In this document: positions 9,360 to 16,957 of the stretch, piece after piece
Layout: every line of letters starts with the position of its first letter
Position numbering within the stretch: the first letter of the stretch is position 1
Origin: a virus
Lineage: Duplodnaviria > Caudoviricetes
Reading direction: 5' to 3' (one strand)
Virus record (IMG/VR): IMGVR_UViG_3300002307_001836
Location: 1-28,891 of that record
DNA: 28,891 nucleotides
Notes under the pieces: model-generated
The model's input: the letters and a program-made list of their open reading frames with translations, nothing else
The model's database searches: none
What the model was told of the DNA's origin: nothing
Position numbers and translations under genes: made by a program

Positions 9360-9573
9360 TACGACGTGTTATACGACCGCGGGTGAGATCGTAAGGGCTA
9401 AATTCCAGTTCTACTGTATCTCCTGCTAGAACCTTGATATTGTGTTGACGCATACGCCCATTGAGACTGGCTAATACAGACTTTTCAAAGTTTGCTATCT
9501 TAACTCTATAGGTAGTGTTGGGCAAAATTTCTTCTATTACACCTTCCATTTTTATTGCTTCTTCTTTGGCCAA
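9355..9573 (-). CDS. infA: Translation initiation factor IF-1
   Basis: [24 protein letters not shown]...[36 protein letters not shown] start with an AAGGAG SD. Confidence 0.96.
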   Translation of the reverse strand: MAKEEAIKMEGVIEEILPNTTYRVKIANFEKSVLASLNGRMRQHNIKVLAGDTVELEFSPYDLTRGRITRRR

Positions 9574-9591
9574 CTGTGTCCGATCTCCTTT

Positions 9592-9630
9592 TTAGCGTCG
9601 CATCTTACTTATGTCGATGGCTTCTTCATC
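9592..9630 (-). pseudogene. Orphaned 3' gene end (DEEAIDISKMRR*) paralogous to the C-terminus of the 10488-10898 gene
   Basis: Minus strand GAT GAA GAA GCC ATC GAC ATA AGT AAG ATG CGA CGC TAA, compared with the upstream gene end SQEAAVESAKMRR*. Confidence 0.75.
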
Positions 9631-10451
9631 TTTAGTTTACGTGCTACGCCCTCGCTTGATTTATGCCCGACCCATTCCCAGTCACTTTTTGGTCCAACCT
9701 GTGAATAATATTGTTCTTTGGGTATTCTATATATTTTGCCTTGTTTATCAATTACTACTACCTTTCCGGATAATTTTTCTTTTGTTGCATCCGAAGCCTT
9801 TTTCCCTAAATTGATATTCCTAAGATGTTCTTTCTGTGCGTCTGTTTTAATTACTGCTCTTAATTTTTGTTTTGTTTCTTCAGATACTATTTTGCCTGTG
9901 TGTGCCTTGCTCAATTTTTGTCGTGTTTTATTAGATACTAGATGTCCTTTTAATTTAGCTCGACGTTTTTCTATAGTGGCTTGAGTTTGCTTTTTTCCTA
10001 AGTTTGCTTCTCTTAATAATTCTTTTGTTTTTTCAGATCTAGGTTTAGTATTTCCAGGGGTAGTTCCGGGCATACCCTTATTCCACGGAATTCTTCCTTT
10101 ATTTGCGTCTGACATTTTCTTTTTTGCTAATTCAGTATGTGGACTATAATTAGTTCGATTAGTAGCTCCGCCATCGAGGCCATTTTCTAGAATTAGATTA
10201 GCCCATTCTTTAGATTCGACAATATTATGGTTATTAGAAAACTCCTCTGCCACTCGTTGACATTCTTCTTTGGTTGTATAATATCCTAATATCTCAGTTG
10301 ACACATCATTGCCATGTTTTTTGATATGTGCTAACCAATGTTTTCCAGAACCTCTATAATTATACGGATCGTTAGATGTTTTTCCAAAATATTTTAATCC
10401 TGTAATATTGTGAGTTTTTATATACAAATAAGTAGGGATGAACTGTTTCAT
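9609..10451 (-). mobile_element. Free-standing GIY-YIG homing endonuclease with NUMOD3-like repeats
   Basis: TYLYIKTHNITGLKYFGKT...YRGSGKHW...WANLILENGLDGG, followed by repeated S(E/N)xT(K/R)xKLS/xxxGK units. Start placed at MKQFIP (10451), behind its own GATAAATA. Confidence 0.88.
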
Positions 10452-10456
10452 ACTAT

Positions 10457-10464
10457 TATTTATC
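10457..10464 (-). promoter_or_regulatory. Late-type promoter GATAAATA for the endonuclease
   Basis: GATAAATA-ATAGT-ATG, the same spacing as at SOD. Confidence 0.6.
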
Positions 10465-10487
10465 CCTATCACTTAATTACCAGTGTA

Positions 10488-10898
10488 CTATCTCCTCATT
10501 TTTGCCGATTCAACAGCGGCCTCTTGGCTAAAAACTGGCTGTAAACAACTTTTATGTTGTACAGCGATTCCAAGTACTGCAGAACCAGTATATTCTTGAT
10601 CAGCACCCTTGGTACAGGCTACCCACCCGGTGTCTAAGCTGGCAATACGGGGTGTTTCGCGTCCGGGAGGAATTTTAGGGCCCGATGACATCATTGCAAG
10701 TGATTTTTCAAGAGCTGGTTTGAGTGCTCGAACCTCGCGGCTGAATTGTGGTTTTAACTTGTCCAATTCCTTGAGTGTGCGAGCCCAGGTTTCCTTATGT
10801 AGTTGTTCTCGCCGTTTGGCTTCGGCACTTGCCCATTTCTTTGGGCCCTTCTTTTTGCCTGTGGTACTGTACATCGGAGGTAGTAGATGCATGCTCAT
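10488..10898 (-). CDS. Conserved phage hypothetical protein (C-terminal YTG..lGI...HKS..P..KMRR family)
   Basis: GGAG SD before ATG 10898. The C-terminal motif resembles a family I recall as common in large myophages. Confidence 0.75.
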   Translation of the reverse strand: MSMHLLPPMYSTTGKKKGPKKWASAEAKRREQLHKETWARTLKELDKLKPQFSREVRALKPALEKSLAMMSSGPKIPPGRETPRIASLDTGWVACTKGADQEYTGSAVLGIAVQHKSCLQPVFSQEAAVESAKMRR

Positions 10899-10930
10899 GG
10901 ATTCTCCCAATAGTAACAATTTATAATACT

Positions 10931-10959
10931 ATTATAACAGGATTGGCATTATTGGTCAA
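10931..10959 (-). promoter_or_regulatory. sigma70-type promoter TTGACC-N17-TATAAT
   Basis: Near-perfect consensus with an extended TG. Confidence 0.8.
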
Positions 10960-10964
10960 CCGGA

Positions 10965-11279
10965 TTATTTGAACAAGATCATGGCCATGAGCACAGCCTG
11001 TACCACAAATCCCACGCCTATTGTGACAGTATTTAAACTGTCTCTAAGCACCACAGCTCGAGCAAACAGCAAGACCAAACCGGCCCAGGTAAACAGTACC
11101 AAATCTAAATTTGGAGTACGATCACTGAGCCCGGTCATGAGTGCCAGCAGTGTAGGTATAGTGGCACAGTGTAACACTATTGCGGCTAACCATTGTAGTG
11201 TTTCTGCCGAAACCTTGGGCAGGTGTTCATTAAGCCATACTGCTACAGATTTTAAAAAATTATCAAGTTTAACTATCAT
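10965..11279 (-). CDS. Small 3-TM membrane protein (holin-like or PQ-loop/SemiSWEET-like)
   Basis: Three hydrophobic segments; ATGA-coupled to the cell-wall hydrolase. Confidence 0.65.
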   Translation of the reverse strand: MIVKLDNFLKSVAVWLNEHLPKVSAETLQWLAAIVLHCATIPTLLALMTGLSDRTPNLDLVLFTWAGLVLLFARAVVLRDSLNTVTIGVGFVVQAVLMAMILFK

Positions 11280-11839
11280 ATTTTACTTTCTGAATAAAAG
11301 ATGTGACGGCCAATTTTGGCCACACGGGGTTTGCCCCACCCGGGGTTGACATAATCAGCATGGTAATATAAAGCCGTTTCCAAACTGGGTAATCTAAAAC
11401 CTTCCAGCAATACCTTTTTGGCCACGTCTTCACTTTCGCGCCACATGACTGGATACACATGTTTAAATTTGCTGGCTCCTTCGCAATACCAGCTGAACTG
11501 ACAAACTATCTTTTCATAAAAAATAGTTTTTTGGTAAACCACACCGCAGACAGTACCAGCAAAGCGACCAGATTCTACACGATTAAGTGTGACCTGGGCC
11601 ACTGCTACCTTGCCCTCAAATGGCTCACTGCCAGCTTCCCAATAGATGTTACGGGTCAAGCAATCCAGTTGCCGTGAGTATTCAACTGCTGTCATGCCAG
11701 GACTAATGTCAGATTCTGCCCTGAGTTGATTTAACCTAAAGTTAATGGCAGTGATCAACACAAATGCAATTACAAAAAATCCAGCAGTTTTAAAAATTAT
11801 GTTAGCCATACGCTGGGTGGCTGGGTTGGAACTTTTCAA
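11276..11839 (-). CDS. SleB-like cell wall hydrolase (Hydrolase_2) with N-terminal signal/TM anchor
   Basis: CLTRNIYWEAGSEPFEGKVAVAQVTLNRV...CGVVYQ...CQFSW...ALYYHADYVNPGW...IGRHIFY. TTG start with an AAGGAG SD. Confidence 0.92.
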   Translation of the reverse strand: MKSSNPATQRMANIIFKTAGFFVIAFVLITAINFRLNQLRAESDISPGMTAVEYSRQLDCLTRNIYWEAGSEPFEGKVAVAQVTLNRVESGRFAGTVCGVVYQKTIFYEKIVCQFSWYCEGASKFKHVYPVMWRESEDVAKKVLLEGFRLPSLETALYYHADYVNPGWGKPRVAKIGRHIFYSESKI

Positions 11840-11854
11840 TTTATTCTCCTTGAA

Positions 11855-12190
11855 CCATACTGGGTTCTCCAGCGGAACAGCCCAGGATGGGCCTGCTTGA
11901 CAAAGAATAGGAAATTTGAGAGCTTGTGAGACTTCGGGCCTTCATGGCCAACTCTTCCTGGACTTGACTCGTGTCCGATACTTTGTAGTGAGTCACGTCA
12001 ATTCCGGTTGTCAACGAAGAGACTTTCCGACGGTCTCTTTCGAACAGTACAAGCGACTTGGACAAAGCCCCTTGCCTGGTGCGTAACCTGCTGTTTATAT
12101 TCCGGCACAGGTCCTGCCGGTTAAATGCAAATCCTAGTTGTGACCCTGTGCTGAACAAATACTGATCAGCCGGATCGTGTTTTTTGCACT
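11855..12190 (-). ncRNA. Candidate structured RNA / long 5' leader of the hydrolase
   Basis: GC-richer than its flanks, with many complementary segments (see findings). Confidence 0.5.
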
Positions 12191-12281
12191 CACAAATACT
12201 TAGTTTCTGGTATCCACTTGTGCTAAAAATACTGTGTTTTTGGACCATTTTTACCGTTATATACCAAGTTTATAATATATT

Positions 12282-12310
12282 ATTATAACTTAGAATTAGT
12301 GTAGTGTCAA
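12282..12310 (-). promoter_or_regulatory. sigma70-type promoter TTGACA-N17-TATAAT
   Basis: Perfect consensus, firing into the structured leader. Confidence 0.8.
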
Positions 12311-13708
12311 ATTATATTTTTTAAATTCGTCTATCAGCCACGGAAATGTTTGGGGCCAACTGGTTGATCTACGTCGATCCATTTCGTTTAAAAAATCAAA
12401 CAGTTTAGCAATTATATTGGGTCGTGGTATGCCAGCTGACTGTTTAGCAATCCCGGCAAGATAGTTTCGGCTTGACTGTTCTTCGGGGGTACCAACCGAT
12501 TTGAGTTCTAGTGCTCGATCAAAATCATCGACAAATATTGGGCCAAAAATATCAATAAACATGTAATCGGGCCCGTTGACACTATTTTGATAATGATGTA
12601 CTGGCCTTTCCTGATTCCACTGTTTGATTTTTTCTAATAAATCTGGTAAAGTTTTTACAGTCAGCGGAGTCACGGTAGAGCTCACAATCAAGTTAATCCA
12701 TTTTTGAGTTACCAGGTATTCAAAGTTTTTTTCCCAGACAGCAAGATCCAATGGATATCTTACATATTCTTGTTCTGGACCCCAGCAATCCAGACTGGCA
12801 GTTATTTCAAATTCTCTCAGATGATCTCGATCAACTAGACCACGCACACGTTCAACTAGATTTTCAAGTCTTGACAATCGTGTGTTAAGATTGGTAAAAA
12901 TTTGTAGTTTTAGTTCAGGTGCCGGGTACTGTTCAAACAGATCTAGGCATTGGTCAAGTTCTTCCTGATACAACGGCTCGCCACCCAATATATTAAACAC
13001 AGTAAGACCATGACTGTGTTCTTTTAACCAATCAAACAATTTTTGTTTATTGGTATCCATATCGGGACTTTTTTGCCAGTCGCTGGACAAGACTAAATTG
13101 CCTTGAGAAAAAGTTCCATGTCGTTTATTTTCAGCATCCCATAATGAACTAAAATGTGGACCACAATATAAACATTTAAGATTACAAGTATTATCAAAAT
13201 AAACTTCCAAAATTCTAGGAGTTACCCAAACTGCTAAAGGATTAGCATCTAATTCAGGAGGAGCATGTATGCCTGGAAAATCCAAGTTGGTGATTCGATC
13301 ACTTTGCCCTCCTACTTGTTCAATATCCTGGCAATACGTACATCCTTTTTCTGGCCAAAGACCTTGTAACATTTGCTCACGGTCTTGGATCTTGCTCGGT
13401 GTATTATGGAAATCAAATTGATCAGTGTTAAATTTATGATGGTCGGTTCTGTGGCAACTGGCCGTTTCAGCTGTGGTTAAAAACACAGTACTCCAGTTCC
13501 ATTTTAGCTGACAGGCTGTTGCAGTTTTTATTGGAAAAACACGATTGACTAATTTAGAAGTTTTACGGAACTGCCCAGGGTGATATCCAAACACTGTACA
13601 ACATTCAATTTGGATATGGTTTGGTAAAAGTTTAAAATCTTCTTCCTGTTCACAATCGGGCCAGCTGGGATCTCGAATGGAAGAATAAAATTCTTGCCAT
13701 GTACTCAT
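12296..13708 (-). CDS. Radical SAM protein (twitch/SPASM-associated type)
   Basis: NTCNLKCLYC (CxxxCxxC) and LGGEPL. Extra Cys motifs: CQLKW, SCH, CTYC. Confidence 0.9.
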   Translation of the reverse strand: MSTWQEFYSSIRDPSWPDCEQEEDFKLLPNHIQIECCTVFGYHPGQFRKTSKLVNRVFPIKTATACQLKWNWSTVFLTTAETASCHRTDHHKFNTDQFDFHNTPSKIQDREQMLQGLWPEKGCTYCQDIEQVGGQSDRITNLDFPGIHAPPELDANPLAVWVTPRILEVYFDNTCNLKCLYCGPHFSSLWDAENKRHGTFSQGNLVLSSDWQKSPDMDTNKQKLFDWLKEHSHGLTVFNILGGEPLYQEELDQCLDLFEQYPAPELKLQIFTNLNTRLSRLENLVERVRGLVDRDHLREFEITASLDCWGPEQEYVRYPLDLAVWEKNFEYLVTQKWINLIVSSTVTPLTVKTLPDLLEKIKQWNQERPVHHYQNSVNGPDYMFIDIFGPIFVDDFDRALELKSVGTPEEQSSRNYLAGIAKQSAGIPRPNIIAKLFDFLNEMDRRRSTSWPQTFPWLIDEFKKYNLTLH

Positions 13709-14253
13709 TGATCAATTACAGGTGGGGGCATAGCCTTGAGCTTGGCCCACATGTCACCTTGCTCTGTCAATTTCTTTTCCAACTCACGGTACTGTTCACC
13801 CAACTTACGCAGTTGATCCCATTCCGCTTCCATTTCAGGATTTGGAGTCAGGATGTTCAGGCGTTCTTGGATCTTTTTAATGGATTCGATCAGGCTCTGA
13901 CCGTTGACTGTAATATCAGCATTGTCACCGTTAAGCTCTATCTTGCCACTGCCGTTGGAAAATGGCATAGAAGTACACGTAGCACCGGCACCACCAGTGG
14001 TGTTGCTAATGGTATAAGGACTTTGGTAATTCAATCTCCATTCACTCAGTGAGGTAGTGATACCACTATTAACCACAGTATTAGACCAAGAAGCGTTGTT
14101 AAAATAACTGCTAAGATCAATTGCAGGTGGCGGTACGGCACCATAAGCAGGATCCTGATGCGGTGGAGATTCTGAATTCTTTCGTATTATCTCCACCGCA
14201 GATTCTTCGCTTAACTCTCGCATGCGTTTGAGCATTTCGGATACCTCAGTCAT
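13705..14253 (-). CDS. Hypothetical protein with C-terminal coiled coil
   Basis: 182-aa ORF coupled to both neighbours. Confidence 0.7.
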   Translation of the reverse strand: MTEVSEMLKRMRELSEESAVEIIRKNSESPPHQDPAYGAVPPPAIDLSSYFNNASWSNTVVNSGITTSLSEWRLNYQSPYTISNTTGGAGATCTSMPFSNGSGKIELNGDNADITVNGQSLIESIKKIQERLNILTPNPEMEAEWDQLRKLGEQYRELEKKLTEQGDMWAKLKAMPPPVIDQ

Positions 14254-14255
14254 GC

Positions 14256-14441
14256 TTACTTGCTCGCTAATGCTTCTTTTTCTGCTGTAATTTCTTTACG
14301 ACGTTCCTTGATTGCCTTGCTCATTTCTTGTAAGGCTTTTCTAGCACGAGCGGCCGCAGCTTTTACGCCCTTGCCTGTGAATTTTTCGTTTTCTGCGATG
14401 TATGTTTCAAATGCTGCTTTTAGTGTTTCGTGATTACTCAT
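14256..14441 (-). CDS. Hc1-like (histone H1-like) DNA-binding protein
   Basis: EKFTGKGVKAAAARARKALQEMSKAIKERRKEI matches the Hc1 family KFxxKGNKAAxxRARK motif. Confidence 0.85.
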   Translation of the reverse strand: MSNHETLKAAFETYIAENEKFTGKGVKAAAARARKALQEMSKAIKERRKEITAEKEALASK

Positions 14442-14443
14442 TT

Positions 14444-14680
14444 TTACGTCCTTGTAATGATTAGTACTTCAACGCCTTCACTTACGGCCTGCTCTAAACT
14501 GCTGTCGTAAGTCGAGGGATCCCAGAGTAAGCGTTGAACTCTGCATCCTGAGAAAAAGTTTTCTAGTTTTTGGTCTTGTTCAAATACATGATCCGTGTCA
14601 CCGCTACCTGCGGCAACCAAGGCTTCGTGTAGATTATAAATCATAATTCTTCGATTGCGGTCAATGATGTATTCATTCAT
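14444..14680 (-). CDS. Hypothetical protein (78 aa)
   Basis: ORF immediately downstream of a sigma70 promoter. Confidence 0.6.
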   Translation of the reverse strand: MNEYIIDRNRRIMIYNLHEALVAAGSGDTDHVFEQDQKLENFFSGCRVQRLLWDPSTYDSSLEQAVSEGVEVLIITRT

Positions 14681-14687
14681 ACGTTTA

Positions 14688-14715
14688 ATTATACAGGTTA
14701 TGTGCAGGTTGTCAA
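14688..14715 (-). promoter_or_regulatory. sigma70-type promoter TTGACA-N16-TATAAT; ATG 7 nt downstream (leaderless)
   Basis: Consensus hexamers. Confidence 0.7.
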
Positions 14716-14722
14716 GAAATAT

Positions 14723-14965
14723 CTACAGGCTAATGTGCCGTTTGGCCCAGTTGTCCCAGATGTTTATCATGGTCCAGCCATGTGACCAAGTCACCATAAA
14801 CGTGCTTAGAGTATTTTGATCATAGATGTACATGCGATTTTCTTCCACACGAGCTTGGCTATTTCGATTGGCAGTGGCCCAATTACTCAGTTGTTTACGA
14901 GCCTGTGGATCTCGGACCGTAACGGTATACAGTGCTTCAGCCGCACGAAAATTGGGTATGGTCAT
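14723..14965 (-). CDS. Hypothetical protein (80 aa)
   Basis: Abuts the upstream stop. Confidence 0.65.
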   Translation of the reverse strand: MTIPNFRAAEALYTVTVRDPQARKQLSNWATANRNSQARVEENRMYIYDQNTLSTFMVTWSHGWTMINIWDNWAKRHISL

Positions 14966-15235
14966 CTAGTGCAAGGGTTGATTCGGGGGCCTGGGGCTGG
15001 TTAGTTGGGAGACATGACGAGCAAATCGATCATCGATGTACACCCGTTCATCGTCAAATTCCTGGGCCACTGTGTTGTCGAGTCCGAGTATACGCATGAG
15101 TCCGCCCATGTGTATTTCTGTGATACCTTGCTCATACAAGACCAGCATTAGTCGGTAAATGGCTAACTGTATTAGGGGATCAAGTTCGGCATCGGTAGGC
15201 ATACAAGTAATTATGCCGTTTGCATCGTAAATCAA
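14966..15235 (-). CDS. Hypothetical protein (start uncertain, possibly MPTDAE)
   Basis: ORF downstream of the tRNA. Confidence 0.6.
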   Translation of the reverse strand: MIYDANGIITCMPTDAELDPLIQLAIYRLMLVLYEQGITEIHMGGLMRILGLDNTVAQEFDDERVYIDDRFARHVSQLTSPRPPNQPLH

Positions 15236-15248
15236 ATAAGATACTCTG

Positions 15249-15320
15249 AAGCGGGGGCTGGATTCGAACCAACGACCTTCAGGTTATGAGCCTGGAATGC
15301 TACCGCTACACTACCCCGCA
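15249..15320 (-). tRNA. tRNA-Met(CAT), initiator-like, CCA not encoded
   Basis: TGCGGGG TA GTGT AGCGGTA GCAT T CCAGG CTCATAA CCTGA AGGTC GTTGG TTCGAAT CCAGC CCCCGCT T. Highly similar to bacterial tRNA-fMet, with a 1:72 mismatch. Confidence 0.92.
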
Positions 15321-15431
15321 TCAGAATACCCTATAATCTTCTGCATAGAATCAGGCCGGCCCCACTAGTGAGATACCATTTAAACTGGGCTGTCTTTTCG
15401 CGTTATATCCCAGTACCAAAACCTTACAAAA

Positions 15432-15498
15432 CATATCAAAACACATTCGGCTTTCGCCTTGCTACCAGAATACTCGGTTTGGAATGTGTTTGGGTATG
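15432..15498 (-). ncRNA. Candidate small structured RNA (17-bp closing stem, internal GGC-GAAA-GCC hairpin)
   Basis: 15432-15448 pairs with 15482-15498 (15 of 17 positions on the minus strand). GNRA tetraloop on the minus strand. Confidence 0.5.
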
Positions 15499-15499
15499 G

Positions 15500-15705
15500 C
15501 CTGCTTAGTTGTATTGTCTTGTTATGGATATCGTTAACCCGATATCGTTTGCTTTTACTGTTAACCGCTTATACGGAACACCCGTCGATGTTTATTTCCG
15601 TTTTCGCTTTGACAACTCGTGTACCTTGAGAGTCGACATCCAGTACAGTGAGAGTGCATTACCCTGGTAACACAGAGTTTTTCCAAAACAATACAACTAA
15701 GCAGG
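15500..15705 (-). ncRNA. Candidate ~206-nt ncRNA closed by a 22-bp terminal stem
   Basis: 15500-15521 pairs with 15684-15705 (21 Watson-Crick pairs plus one G-U on the minus strand). Internal hairpins; no ORF in the track. Confidence 0.65.
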
Positions 15706-15725
15706 GGCCGTAGCCCCATGGCTGA

Positions 15726-16046
15726 TTAGGCTTCTACTACAGGTGCCTTAACAGACTTTGCTGTTGTGGCTTTGCCAGAAACCTTGATTTCGCCTTTCTT
15801 GGCAATCCGGGTTTTCTCTGCCAACTTGTTGGCCACTGCATAACCAGCATCACCAGTTGCACCTTGCTCTTGCAAATACTGAAGAGCTTGCAGTTTGGTC
15901 ATGGGCTTTGGGAGCTCAACCAAGTTAATATCAGTACAACCGTTCTTGTTCAAAATCTTGATACGAGCTACCAAATCATTAGCAAATCTTGCTTTGGTTA
16001 CGCCGTGTTGTGTTGCTGTACCTGCTACTGTGAATAACTTTTCCAT
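15726..16046 (-). CDS. Basic phage hypothetical protein (106 aa)
   Basis: ORF with a Lys/Ala-rich tail, behind a strong promoter. Confidence 0.75.
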   Translation of the reverse strand: MEKLFTVAGTATQHGVTKARFANDLVARIKILNKNGCTDINLVELPKPMTKLQALQYLQEQGATGDAGYAVANKLAEKTRIAKKGEIKVSGKATTAKSVKAPVVEA

Positions 16047-16111
16047 CTTGTGTTGCCTTTCTCTGTTGCCTATCTAGGTTTAAAATAATGCTAATTTCTT
16101 AGCATACTCAT

Positions 16112-16140
16112 ATTATAGCTGATTGGGCCTTTGCCGTCAA
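16112..16140 (-). promoter_or_regulatory. sigma70-type promoter TTGACG-N17-TATAAT
   Basis: Consensus. The transcript would begin with the hairpin ATGCTAA-GAAA-TTAGCAT (16088-16105). Confidence 0.8.
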
Positions 16141-16178
16141 CCATTTTATGAATTCTGGTTGTCCAAATTGGACTGGAA

Positions 16179-16304
16179 TCATTGAGCTACCGACCGTACT
16201 ATGGTTTGGGTTTGGGTTACCCCTTGATCAATCAAATGAGCCACACCCGAAAAACCAACGGTGGCCACGGTGATACCTACAATTACGCCTACGATAAAGT
16301 TCAT
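16179..16304 (-). CDS. Small membrane protein (41 aa, MNFIVGVIVGITVATVGFSGVAHLIDQG...)
   Basis: Below the ORF-track cutoff; ATGA overlap with the upstream stop; one TM segment. Confidence 0.65.
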   Translation of the reverse strand: MNFIVGVIVGITVATVGFSGVAHLIDQGVTQTQTIVRSVAQ

Positions 16305-16957
16305 GCTACTGCCTCCTGTTGTAATATTTTGACACGATTCAAACGACTCAACCGATTGCTGAAATCACGCACTGTGCCCGCAATATCCAGCTTGGTGCCA
16401 GGCTCAACATCTTCTCGATAGGAAAACATCACGGCATGATTGAGTTTATCGATACCCCAGACAAACCAACAGTCCCATTTCTGGCTGTGTGCAGATTTAA
16501 CTACTTCCACGTTTACGTGGACACGACCTTCACCTACTGCCTGTTCCGCACACTGATTCAGTCGATCCTGCACTGAATCATCAGCCAACATCTTGTGGTA
16601 GCTCTGAGGGAAACTGGCCAGCACTGCCAGGTCATAGGCTGTGACAAATGTCTCCAAGTTGCAGATTCTAGCCTGAATAGTGTGCCACTCGGTCAAGGTC
16701 TCGCCTTTTAACAATCGTAAACTGATTGCTGAACCCAACCGACCACGGGCAGATTGACCTTGCTTGCGATCCGATTCGGTAATTTCTTCTGGTGTCTCGG
16801 TCAAGATCCGCATCATGATTTCTTTGTTGCTATGCATACCACTGTTCATTGAGACTGTCTTGAGATAAAGATTACCATTCAATCTCCAGGCAGTACAGGC
16901 CGCGGCCCAAGCATCGTCGGCTGGTATACTGTAAGTGGGTCGGGGTTGTCTTTTCAT
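16301..16957 (-). CDS. Hypothetical protein, possible C-terminal OB-fold
   Basis: Start placed at MKRQPR via an ATGA overlap. The C-terminus (...LDIAGTVRD...SRLNRVKI) resembles an OB-fold. Confidence 0.65.
   Translation of the reverse strand: MKRQPRPTYSIPADDAWAAACTAWRLNGNLYLKTVSMNSGMHSNKEIMMRILTETPEEITESDRKQGQSARGRLGSAISLRLLKGETLTEWHTIQARICNLETFVTAYDLAVLASFPQSYHKMLADDSVQDRLNQCAEQAVGEGRVHVNVEVVKSAHSQKWDCWFVWGIDKLNHAVMFSYREDVEPGTKLDIAGTVRDFSNRLSRLNRVKILQQEAVA

Noticed and set aside
11855-12075. Resemblance to tmRNA (GGGGCT), RNase P (GGAAAGTC...AGAACCC) or a group I intron
   Set aside because: No tRNA-like 3' end, the P4 partners are not complementary, and no convincing P7 R/S elements or flanking exons.
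11841-12248. 135-aa minus-strand ORF
   Set aside because: No recognisable motifs or SD, and it overlaps a densely base-paired region. Treated as likely non-coding, though a leader ORF is not excluded.
15432-15498. Hammerhead ribozyme (three-way junction with GAAA)
   Set aside because: Lacks the CUGAnGA core.
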